Shown here piece after piece: positions 48,801 to 59,968 of a stretch of 64,000 bases of DNA. Location of the stretch: contig CATNEN010000038.1 in NCBI GenBank assembly GCA_950097015.1, positions 18,476,001 through 18,540,000 of the forward strand. The letters run 5' to 3'. The notes beneath the pieces are model-generated. The model saw only the letters and a program-made list of their open reading frames with translations. It was not told where the DNA came from and did not search any database. The position numbers were made by a program, and so were the translations under genes. This DNA is from Macrostomum hystrix. Its lineage: Eukaryota; Animalia; Platyhelminthes. The stretch's first letter is position 1. Every line of letters starts with the position of its first letter.

Positions 48801-50707
48801 GTAACACCCACTCCGGAGTAATTATTTTAGGCTCACTGATAACAGGTGACACTCACTCTAGTGTAATTAGTTTAGGATCACTGATAACAGGTGACACTCA
48901 CTCTAGTGTAATTATGTGAGGCTCACTGATAACAGGTGACACTCACTCTAGTGTAATTATGTGAGGCTCACTGATAACAGGTGACACCCTCCATTTTATT
49001 TAGCTTAACAATCTCCAGTCTCCCAATAAAACAACCTCTCAGTTCGATCAGCTGTTGCCGCCAATCAATGCCGACGGAGTCGAACACGGAGCCGCGTCGA
49101 AGCAGGAGGACGAAGAAGAGTCGACGGCGACTGAAAGATTGATCAAACCACGGCTGGAGAGAAGGCCATCTCAGGCCAAGGTGACTTACCACTCAGGGTG
49201 GCCTGACATCACTAAAGTACCCATTAACGCAAGACATCATCCACACCTAGATACCCTCTACCCCACTCCAAAAAAGTATTCCCCCAAAAAACCCTGACCC
49301 AAAAAGCCTCCACCCAAAAAACCCTCCACTCTAAAAACCCTCCTGTCCAAAAACCCTCCACTCCAAAAAACCCTCCAGTCCAAAAACCCTCCACTCCAAA
49401 AACCCTCCACTCCAAAAACCCTCCAGTCCAAAAACCCTCCACTCCAAACACCTTCGCCGCATGACGACCTCCACCCCGAGTCACCCGCTGCCACAAGAAA
49501 CAGACAGCACAAAAAGCAATCTTCTTCGCTTCAGCCAATTAGTTTCGGAGCAGTCGCGCCTGCGCAGCCAGAGGACGCTGAAGATGTGCCCACAGCCGAC
49601 CAGCAGCCAGCCGGCGCGCCTGTCCTGCTCGAAGGTGAGAACAGGACTGCAGAGTCCGGGGTCACGCCTGTTGAGGCGTCAGTCGCCGCAGCTGCGGCCG
49701 CAGACATCGCTGCGAATGACCAGGAGGTCGACAAAGCCAGCCAAGGAGAGGCGCCGGTGGCGGATCGAACAGCGGAGGGAGGAGCCGCAGGCGGCCCGCC
49801 GCAGCAGTCGGATCCGGTGAAGACGCCCTGCTGCGGTGCGCGAAAGAGTCGAAAGCCGCCGGCGAAGGACAGTCAGCCGACAAATAAGCCAGAACAGGGA
49901 GATGAGACAGCGGGAGCAGCAACCACGGAGGAGGCGGTCGTACCGTCCGACACAAAAGCATCTGAATCCGCTCCGGTGCCAGAAGCTCCCGCGATTGCCG
50001 ACTCTTCTGACGTCGCCACAGCCGGAGGAACATCTGGCGCTGTGAAGAGCGTTGGCTGTGGACGCTCGCGACGCCAGAAGAATGCTCCACCGCAAGACGC
50101 GCCTGCTGAGCCAGCAGTCGACAAAGCCGATGATAAATCAGTGGAAGATGCTGTTCTCGCTTCCGACGCCAAGGCCGCAGAGTCGGCTCCGCCCGCAGCT
50201 GAAGGAGACGCAGATACGCCGGCTCCGACACCAAAGGTGGAGCAAGCGGCTGGTTCCGGCACTGCCGGAGCAGTCAAAGGAGTCGGCTGCGGGCGGTCGC
50301 GTCGTCGGAACCTGGTGACATCCGAGAGTTTGACGCCACAGCAGCAGGTCGAAGGCGGCGGAGAGCCAGTTGAGGAGGCCGTGACGCCATCGGACGCCAA
50401 GGCAGCGGAATCTGCTCCCAAAGCCGAGGCCTCGGCGACTGTCCCGACGTCGACTGAATCTGCCTCGCCAGCCGGCGGCGGCACATCCGGAGCGGTGAAG
50501 AGCGTCGGCTGCGGTCGAAGTCGAGCCAAGCGGCAGAATCTGCAAGAGCAGCAGCAGAAGCAGCCAACGGAGGAACCACCAGTTATTGAAGGAGAGGCCA
50601 CGGCCGCAGTGCCAGCGACGGAAGAGCCAGATGGAGATGGCCAACAGCCAGCCACGACGGAGGCTCCGGTTGATGAGAAGAAGAGCAAGTCCTGCAATTT
50701 GCTGTGA
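45806..50707 (+). CDS. RPGR: X-linked retinitis pigmentosa GTPase regulator homolog (RCC1-like domain, ~953 aa, 9 exons)
   Basis: Exons 45806-45833, 46244-46678, 46840-47054, 47269-47512, 47888-48391, 48515-48555, 48637-48696, 49019-49180, 49535-50707. The N-terminus IPDSGAVFAFGK...KND...ACGEEH...GQLGLG...KPTCVK matches RPGR. The C-terminus has a CaaX motif, KSKSCNLL. Confidence 0.9.
47140..47220 (-). mobile_element. Internally deleted SINE family A remnant
   Basis: ctcctgagcacacacgc is joined directly to ttagggaccttagtgcgagaggcaaac. Confidence 0.6.
47575..47870. repeat. 20-bp minisatellite aaaaacaaacaaccaatcag
   Basis: Period 20, in an RPGR intron. Confidence 0.92.
48740..48992. repeat. 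45-bp minisatellite gctcactgataacaggtgacactcactctagtgtaattatgtgag
   Basis: Period 45. Core shared with 52040-54012. Confidence 0.88.
49255..49450. repeat. ~16-bp C/A-rich repeat aaaaccctccactcca
   Basis: Directly visible, in the last RPGR intron. Confidence 0.8.
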
Positions 50708-50874
50708 GCAGTCGATGACACAGTGGATTGATGTCAAAAAGATTTTTTATTTTCGCTTGCATTAAAAGCTTTCATTTTTGGTGGAAACACAAGGCGTACG
50801 GCAATTCAGGCCAAAAAGCTTAAAATAGACACTACCACGACAACAATCAACACCTCACAGCAGGTACCGCCCAA

Positions 50875-51732
50875 AAACAATTGAGATCTCACGACAGACA
50901 CACTCCAAGAACAATTGAGACCTCACGACAGACACACTCCAAGAACAATTGAGATCTCACGACAGACACACTCCAAGAACAATTGAGACCTCACGACAGA
51001 CACACTCCAAGAACAATTGAGATCTCACGACAGACACACTCCAAGAACAATTGAGACCTCACGACAGACACACTCCAAGAACAATTGAGACCTCACGACA
51101 GACACACTCCAAGAACAATTGAGACCTCACGACAGACACACTCCAAGAACAATTGAGACCTCACGACAGACACACTCCAAGAACAATTGAGACCTCACGA
51201 CAGACACACTCCAAGAACAATTGAGACCTCACGACAGACACTCTCCAAGAACAATTGAGACCTCACGACAGACACACTCCAAGAACAATTGAGATCTCAC
51301 GACAGACACACTCCAAGAACAATTGAGACCTCACGACAGACACACTCCAAGAACAATTGAGACCTCACGACAGACACACTCCAAGAACAATTGAGATCTC
51401 ACGACAGACACACTCCAAGAACAATTGAGACCTCACGACAGACACACTCCAAGAACAATTGAGACCTCACGACAGACACACTCCAAGAACAATTGAGACC
51501 TCACGACAGACACACTCCAAGAACAATTGAGACCTCACGACAGACACACTCCAAGAACAATTGAGACCTCACGACAGACACACTCCAAGAACAATTGAGA
51601 CCTCACGACAGACACTCTCCAAGAACAATTGAGACCTCACGACAGACACACTCCAAGAACAATTGAGACCTCACGACAGACACTCTCCAAGAACAATTGA
51701 GACCTCACGATAGACACACTCCAAGAACAATA
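50875..51732. repeat. 34-bp minisatellite gaacaattgagacctcacgacagacacactccaa
   Basis: Period 34. Confidence 0.96.
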
Positions 51733-52039
51733 AGCACATAAAATAACGCTCGTACTTTTACAAACAATAGGAGACATTGTTATGTTAACGCGAATTTGAA
51801 TACATTTTTAGAGTTCCGAATACTTTAAAATTTTCGGCCGATGATTTTTACAACTTTTAAATTTATTTATTCTATCAATGTCTTAAATAGCATATACTGT
51901 AAAGTAAATTATATTAGTAGTAAATTTACTTTTGCGGCTGTGCCTCGAGTTGTGAAAATAAAAACTGTCTTCTATATTTACCAAGAAGTCCATATGCAGT
52001 TTTTAGTCTTCGTTTCTGTCTAGTTAATTGACTCACTTT

Positions 52040-54012
52040 ATTCACTGATTACAGGTGACAACCACTCCAGTCTAGTTACACTAGTTCAGGCGCACTGATT
52101 ACAGGTGACAACCACTCCAGTCTAGTTACGCTAGTTCAGGCGCACTGATTACAGGTGACAACCACTCCAGTCTAGTTACACTAGTTCAGGCGCACTGATT
52201 ACAGGTGACAACCACTCCAGTCTAGTTACGCTAGTTCAGGCGCACTGATAACAGGTGACAACCACTCCAGTCTAGTTACACTAGTTCAGGCGCACTGATT
52301 ACAGGTGACACCCACTCCAGTCTAGTTACGCTAGTTCAGGCGCACTGATAACAGGTGACAACCACTCCAGTCTAGTTACGCTAGTTCAGGCGCACTGATA
52401 ACAGGTGACAACCACTCCAGTCTAGTTACGCTAGTTCAGGCGCACTGATAACAGGTGACACCCACTCCAGTCTAGTTACGCTTGTTCAGGCGCACTGATA
52501 ACAGGTGACACCCACTCCAGTCTAGTTACGCTAGTTCAGGCGCACTGATAACAGGTGACACCCACTCCAGTCTAGTTACGCTAGTTCAGGCGCACTGATA
52601 ACAGGTGACACCCACTCCAGTCTAGTTACGCTAGTTCAGGCGCACTGATAACAGGTGACACTCACTCCAGTCTAGTTACGCTAGTTCAGGCGCACTGATA
52701 ACAGGTGACACCCACTCCAGTCTAGTTACGCTAGTTCAGGCGCACTGATAACAGGTGACACCCACTCCAGTCTAGTTTCGCTAGTTCAGGCGCACTGATA
52801 ACAGGTGACACCCACTCCAGTCTAGTTACGCTAGTTCAGGCGCACTGATAACAGGTGACACCCACTCCAGTCTAGTTACGCTAGTTCAGGCGCACTGATA
52901 ACAGGTGACACCCACTCCAGTCTAGTTACGCTAGTTCAGGCGCACTGATAACAGGTGACACCCACTCCAGTCTAGTTTCGCTAGTTCAGGCGCACTGATA
53001 ACAGGTGACACCCACTCCAGTCTAGTTACGGTAGTTCAGGCGCACTGATAACAGGTGACACCCACTCCAGTCTAGTTACGCTAGTTCAGGCGCACTGATA
53101 ACAGGTGACACCCACTCCAGTCTAGTTACGCTAGTTCAGGCGCACTGATAACAGGTGACACCCACTCCAGTCTAGTTACGCTAGTTCAGGCGCACTGATA
53201 ACAGGTGACACCCACTCCAGTCTAGTTACGCTAGTTCAGGCGCACTGATAACAGGTGACACTCACTCCAGTCTAGTTACGCTAGTTCAGGCGCACTGATA
53301 ACAGGTGACACCCACTCCAGTCTAGTTACGCTAGTTCAGGCGCACTGATAACAGGTGACACCCACTCCAGTCTAGTTACGCTAGTTCAGGCGCACTGATA
53401 ACAGGTGACACCCACTCCAGTCTAGTTACGCTAGTTCAGGCGCACTGATAACAGGTGACACTCACTCCAGTCTAGTTACGCTAGTTCAGGCGCACTGATA
53501 ACAGGTGACACTCACTCCAGTCTAGTTACGCTAGTTCAGGCGCACTGATAACAGGTGACACCCACTCCAGTCTAGTTACGCTAGTTCAGGCGCACTGATA
53601 ACAGGTGACACCCACTCCAGTCTAGTTACGCTAGTTCAGGCGCACTGATAACAGGTGACACCCACTCCAGTCTAGTTACGGTAGTTCAGGCGCACTGATA
53701 ACAGGTGACACCCACTCCAGTCTAGTTACGGTAGTTCAGGCGCACTGATAACAGGTGACACCCACTCCAGTCTAGTTACGCTAGTTCAGGCGCACTGATA
53801 ACAGGTGACACTCACTCCAGTCTAGTTACGCTAGTTCAGGCGCACTGATAACAGGTGACACCCACTCCAGTCTAGTTACGCTAGTTCAGGCGCACTGATA
53901 ACAGGTGACACCCACTCCAGTCTAGTTACGCTAGTTCAGGCGCACTGATAACAGGTGACACCCACTCCAGTCTAGTTACGCTAGTTCAGGCGCACTGATA
54001 ACAGGTGACAAC
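52040..54012. repeat. 50-bp satellite cgcactgataacaggtgacacccactccagtctagttacgctagttcagg (~39 units)
   Basis: Period 50, highly homogeneous. Confidence 0.97.
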
Positions 54013-54524
54013 CTCTATTTTACGAGCTTGATAAAAAGTAGGACCGGCTTTTTTAGTAAACGATAAACACATGATATGAGCGTTTATGAAGTGTTACTTT
54101 TAGGTGGAAACCAGGGGCCTTAGGCCGAAATAAATTCTTATTAATTTGGGCACCCTGACAGTTGCATACTCGTTTTTATATTTTATTCATGAGATTAAGA
54201 CCATATTAAGCACACACAAAGGTGTTTATTGCAGCACATATTTAAATACAAATTAATTAAGTGCATTAATAAAATAATAATATAGCAAATATGAAACATT
54301 TAGCTGAGATAATTTTTTATAATATGAATTTGCACAATATAAATTAGACCGACGGTGGTTTATTGCAGGTGAGAAACACCGCCAACTTATAATACAGTTT
54401 TGCACAGAAGCGAAGCAAGTTGCAGTAGATTATTGCAGTAGAAATAATTGTGTCAGCACAAAATCTAAACTATAGGCATGAGATGCTTAAATAATGCGAG
54501 AACCTATGACACCATTCTGATCTT

Positions 54525-54800
54525 CAGGCAGGTTGGGCACTACCCAGATCCTCAGGTAGGTTGGACACTCTACCCAGATCCTCAGGTAGGTTAAACACTC
54601 TACCCAGATCTTCAGGTAGGTTGGACACTCTACCCAGATCTTCAGGTAGGTTGGACACTCTACCCAGATCCTCAGGTATGTTGGACACTCTACCCAGATC
54701 CTCAGGTAGGTTGGGCACTCTACCCAGATCTTCAGGTAGGTTGGGCACTCTACCCAGATCTTCAGGTAGGTTGGGCACTCTACCCAGATCTTCAGGTAGG
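54525..54800. repeat. 30-bp minisatellite tacccagatcctcaggtaggttggacactc
   Basis: Period 30. Confidence 0.93.
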
Positions 54801-55435
54801 GTTTTTATCTGACTAAAAATGTAGCTCAATATTTTATTTATATTAAGCTGACTGCAACGAATCTAGTAATCTGAAGGCAAAAAGTGCTCACAGTCAGTTA
54901 ATCAGATATTAGAAAGCAGCATATAACAGTATTTAACTGGCTGACTTACTATTAAAATTGCCAATAATTCAATACTCAAAGTAACAAAAATTAGAAGTTG
55001 ACCACAAGCGGATAGGCAAAACCACCAGAAGACAGAAGTGTTCAAGATGAATTTGAAAAACATAATATATAACATCGTGAAGAAAAAACGGATTATTAAA
55101 AGCAGAAAAAACAAATCCAGAAATTTAAGTTGACTGATGATTACTACCAATAACCGAGAATAATCCGTCATTAGAAAAAAACTAATTTAATACGGCCACA
55201 GATAATTAGTATTTAACAGTAAAGCTGATTTAGAAAGCATTTAAGGCGTTGTACACTAAATTTACCACAGAGATCGTTACTTTTTTGATAAATCGTTACT
55301 TTTGACTAGTAGCGGAAATAAGGAAATTGATTGTTTCGATTATTTAGAAAGTAACGAGTAACAAAAAACCGTTACTTTTCGCGATTTTGTGTCGCGAAAT
55401 TTAGCTTAAAATAAGAATTTAACTATTAACGCTAA

Positions 55436-58400
55436 TTATCGCTTTCGCTTCTTCAAGCTAAACTTGCTAAACAATCGACTACCTGGCCTCTCTGGCTGAG
55501 ACGACTGCTGCTGCTGCTGCTGCTTCTGCTGACTCTGGCGGGCGATTTGGCCGAACACATCGTCGTCTGGCACAGTTGGGGCCGGATTGGCTACCGCCTG
55601 TGGCAGCGCGGTTCTCTGCTCGTCTAGCCTGGTTGCTTGGCAACGCATTAGCATGTCGAAGAAGGCGTCATCGGGCAGAACATTCTCTTTGTCGCCGGCG
55701 GTTCTGTTTGATGATGCCGCCGCCGCCGCTGCCGCTGCTGCTGCAGCAACATCAGGAGGCGTCGGTCGTAGGCCAGGGAAGTTGGGTAGGCTGGCTCGCT
55801 GATCGTTCATGCGAGAGCCTTGCACACCTGAGCGGATTATGCGCGATCAAGTTTGTTAACATGCTTTTTAACTTTTGTTAAGATAAAAAAACTTCAAAAC
55901 AATTTGAAAGAAATTCGAAGTATACTCATGGGAATTCTTAGCTCACAGACCAGAAGACCAGAAGACCCAAGACGCAAGGCTACCCAAGCTACACAATCTC
56001 AAGGGGAAATCCCAGTCTACATCATCTCGAAGGAAAGTCCTAATCTACACAATCTCGAATGTAAATCCCAGTCATCTGTGTAGAAGGGAAATCCCCAGCT
56101 ACACAATCTCGAAGGGAGATCCCCAGTCTAAACAATCTCGAAGGGAGATCCCCAGCTAGACAATCTCGAAGGGAAATCCCCAGCTACACAATCTCGAAGG
56201 GAAATCCCAGTCTACACAATCTCGAAGGGAGATCCCCAGCTACACAATCTCGAAGGGAAATCCCCAGCTACACAATCTCGAAGGGAGATCCCCAGCTACA
56301 CAATCTCGAAGGGAAATCCCCAGCTACACAATCTCGAAGGGAGATCCCCAGTCATCTGTGTAGAAGGGAAATCCCAGTCTACACAATCTCGAATGTAAAT
56401 CCCAGTCATCTGTGTAGAAGGGAAATCCCAGTCTACACAATCTCGAATGTAAATCCCAGTCATCTGTGTAGAAGGGAAATCCCAGCCTACACAATCTCGA
56501 AGGGAGATCCCCAGCTACAAAATCTCGAAGGGAGATCCCCAGCTACACAATCTCGAAGGGAAATCCCCAGCTACACAATCTCGAAGGGAGATCCCCAGGT
56601 AGACCAGGCGCTGCGCCGGGCAGCTCACACAATCTCGAAGGGAGATCCCCAGGTAGACCAGGCGCTGCGCCGGGCAGCTCACACAATCTCGAAGGGAGAT
56701 CCCCAGGTAGACCAGGCGCTGCGCCGGGCAGCTCACACAATCTCGAAGGGAGATCCTCAGCTACACAATCTCGAAGGGAGATCCCCAGCTACAAAATCTC
56801 GAAGGGAAATCCTAGTCTACACAATCTCGAAGGGAGATCCCCAGCTACACAATCTCGAAGGGAGATCCCCAGCTACACAATCTCGAAAAATCCTAATCTA
56901 CACAATCTCCAAGGGAATCCCTAATCTACAAAATCTCGACAGAAAATACTGTACTAAAGGGAAATACTAAAGTCCCAGTCTTCAAGGGACTCTTTCCAGT
57001 TGCTTAGCAAAGTCACAGACTTTAGGCTTGGCAATCTAGGAAAATAACATCGGGGAATCCCAATCCACCACAGTGAAGGTAAGGTACAAAACATAACGAA
57101 AAAATCCCTCAAGTCGATCTCTGAGGGAACTTTACCAGCAATCATGTCTAAAAACGCGTCCTCCATTTGCTGTTGCTGTTGCTGCTGTTGCTGCTGCTGC
57201 TGTCGACGTTGGACTGCAGCCGCGGTGGCAGCCGACAAGCTCGGAGCCGAGCAGCGCTGTTCGTCCATTCGCCTGCCCTGACAGCGAGAGATCAGATCTA
57301 GGAACAGGTCCTGATTGTCGTAGGGCTCGGCAGCCGCGGCGCCACCGATCTCCAGGCCGCTGTTCTCGGAGCCGACCCGCAGCAGCAGCCGTCGATCCTC
57401 CGGATCATCATTGTCGTCTTCGAAGCCACCGCCGCCGGCGCCTAAAATCAGTCCGTCATCATCGTCGTTATCCTGATGACGATGGCCGATGGCTGCGGCC
57501 GGACGCGCCGACGAAGCAGCTCCGCGACCGTTGACGGCGACAGCTGCGGGGGCGGCAGTTGACGATGCCGAAGAAGCGAAAAAATTTTGGTCGGATTCTG
57601 AAGCAGTCACCGGCTGCGGCATAGGCGGAGGCGCCGTCAGTCCCAGCAGCTGTCTCAAATCGGCCAGATTGAGTCGAGCAGCCGAGGCGCCGATGTCGTC
57701 GCCTAGCTGTTCGGAGAGGCTCAGATGACGAGCCGCATAGTCCAAGGCTTTGGCATTTTCGCCAACGGCAGCGTGCGCGTTGCCTAGCGACCAGCAGGCG
57801 CGGGCTTCGCCAACCCGATCGCCAAGCTGCTCCGCTATGCGCATGTGCCTAGCGTGGTAGTCTATGGCCTGAAGGCGAGACGTGACGAGCGGAGAATACT
57901 GTTTTTACTTTTATATTTACAAGTTAATATACGAAAGTACCTTAATTAGGAACATTTCATGAAAGGCTTCTTTCATTCGATAAATTTTAATTTAAAAATC
58001 TCATACATTATCAGTGTTTCATATGTACTACTTATAGTAGTAATAATTGATTTTATCGGGCCCAAAGTGGCAAGATGTGGAGCCGACAGCTGGTGGCTAA
58101 TGGTGCAGCCAAATTAAAAAATGTTCCAGTGGAGTCGGGAGTATGTAGTGGAGTATGGGAGATAGTTGAAATCTCCCATAGCCGAATCCCATGTAATCCT
58201 TGCTATTCGGGATCCTACCTGTCGATAATCCCTCATGAGGGTGCAGGTGTTGCCGAGTGAATAGCAGGCCTGAGCCTCAAGCGCCGGCTCGCCCAGCTGT
58301 TTAGCCAATGCCAGGCAGCGCCTGTAGTGCTCAGCGGCGGTGTCCAGCTCGCCGAGAAGGATGTGAGCATTGCCCAGATTGCTGTGGGCTCTGCGCTCAG

Positions 58401-58737
58401 CGCCGCGGTCGCCAAACTCTTTAGCAATGGCCAGCCGTTCTGTATGATAACGAATCGCCTCGTGAAAATTGCCTAGCAGGTAGTGCGTGTTGCCCAGATT
58501 GCCGCAGGCCCGACCAACGCCGGCTCGATCGCCTAGTTCGCGCACAATGGCGAGATTCTGGGCGTAGTAGTCGGCTGCCCGGCGCAGCGCCGAACGCGCC
58601 GGACCAGCCAATGAGGAATCTCCGTCGGCAGCGCCCGTGTCGTCATCGGCGCTGGTTGGCACAGAGCTACGGCCAGCGTGTTTGCCGTGCGCGTGATGCA
58701 CGTTGCCCAGGTTGTACAGGGCGCGAGCTTCTCCCAT
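55436..58737 (-). CDS. GPSM2: G-protein signalling modulator (LGN/AGS3/Pins; TPR + GoLoco), 5'-partial
   Basis: Exons (-): 58737-58219, 57868-57136, 55827-55436, phases consistent. LGN-type TPRs (GEARALYNLGNVHHAHGK, GRACGNLGNTHYLLGNF, AERRAHSNLGNAHI). GoLoco motifs end in RMDEQR, RMNDQR and RLDEQR. The symbol denotes the GPSM1/2 family. Confidence 0.92.
55980..56940. repeat. 28-bp minisatellite ctacacaatctcgaagggagatccccag with variant units
   Basis: Period 28, in the last GPSM intron. Confidence 0.92.
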
Positions 58738-58749
58738 CTGATGGCGTGG

Positions 58750-58975
58750 ATGGGTTGGCGTGTCCGAGTGTACATTGGGTTTTCTTGCTAAATGTACATT
58801 AGGGTTTTGTTGCTGAATGTACATTGGGGTTGGGTAGCTGTATTTACATTGGGGTTGGGTAGCTAAATGTACATCTGGTTTGTGTAGCTGTATGTACATT
58901 GGGGTTGTGTAGCTGAATGTACATTGGGGTTGTGTAGCCGAGTGTCCATTAGGGTTGGCTTAGTACATTGAGATT
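58750..58975. repeat. ~25-bp minisatellite ctgaatgtacattggggttgtgtag
   Basis: Directly visible next to the GPSM acceptor. Confidence 0.85.
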
Positions 58976-59968
58976 TTCACTAGACTAAGGGTACAAATAG
59001 ATTGCCGGTGTCAATATATAGTTGTTGCTTAGAGTACAATATAAAATAAATGATCTCTGCGCATGAATTTGAAATCGATTCCTTTTTTCTGAACTAATAA
59101 CAAGGACAAAATTTGATTTCGATATAATTTTGTTATTTTACTGAGCAGTGTTAAGAACGCGAAGCAGTGTTTTAATAATTCCGTCACTTTTTTGAGCCTA
59201 GCTTTAGGCACCCAGTTTTCTATTATTTTCACCCAGATTAAGGACCGCAAATGAGAATACACTGCTCATGCATTAGCTTTTTGTAGCAAAAAAGGTATTG
59301 CCTCGTCCGGAAATGGGTCCAAAACGAAAAGCAGACAAATGATGATATGCTACTACCAGACAGGATATGAAGACATTTTAATTAATCCACTGACAGATTA
59401 ACGGCTACTATTTTGTTAAAACTGTCTGTCTAGTCTAGATATATTACTGTCTACCAGTACAACTAAACTGTTACTGTAAACCGCTACAATATACTTGCAA
59501 CTGCCATAATACAACTGTTTACCCCTGCCATATTACTGACTAGCCATACCATGTTACTGTCTAGCCATACCATGTTACTGTCTAGCCATACCATGTTACT
59601 GTCTAGCTGTCGGAAATGCTTCCTCCAGAACTCCTTCTCGTCGTTTCCTTCGACTCTCCTCTTTTCTCTCTTGCTCACCAACTAGTTAATCAGTACGTTT
59701 CACTGCACTTTAATTGTTTCGCTTTTTATCGTCCTTTTAGCCCATAGACTACGCATCCTGCCCGCCCCTTGTTACTCAATCGTTGTCTATGTTTCTAATT
59801 CCTTTCTCGGTACAGTTCCCCTTTAGTTGCTTCTAGTGCGCACTAAGCCCACAAGAGCTTCGAACCAAATACTTTCAATATACAAGTCAAATACAAGCAA
59901 AGAAGTTTTGTCCCAAGCGACAAATTGGTAGCAGAGCGCACTAACGTATCCACACAGCCAAGTCAAAA

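Noticed and set aside
111-50707. Functional ciliary gene cluster (PKD1-like + RPGR)
   Set aside because: The genes are 30 kb apart with unrelated genes between them, and I see no evidence of co-regulation.
49662-50737. Long antisense ORFs over the RPGR last exon (and over GPSM, ANK and gag exons)
   Set aside because: These are shadow ORFs of GC-rich coding sequence with no independent motifs.
50875-54012. CRISPR-like arrays (34-bp and 50-bp periodicity; also 40440-41895)
   Set aside because: The units are head-to-tail with no unique spacers, there are no cas genes, and the context is eukaryotic.
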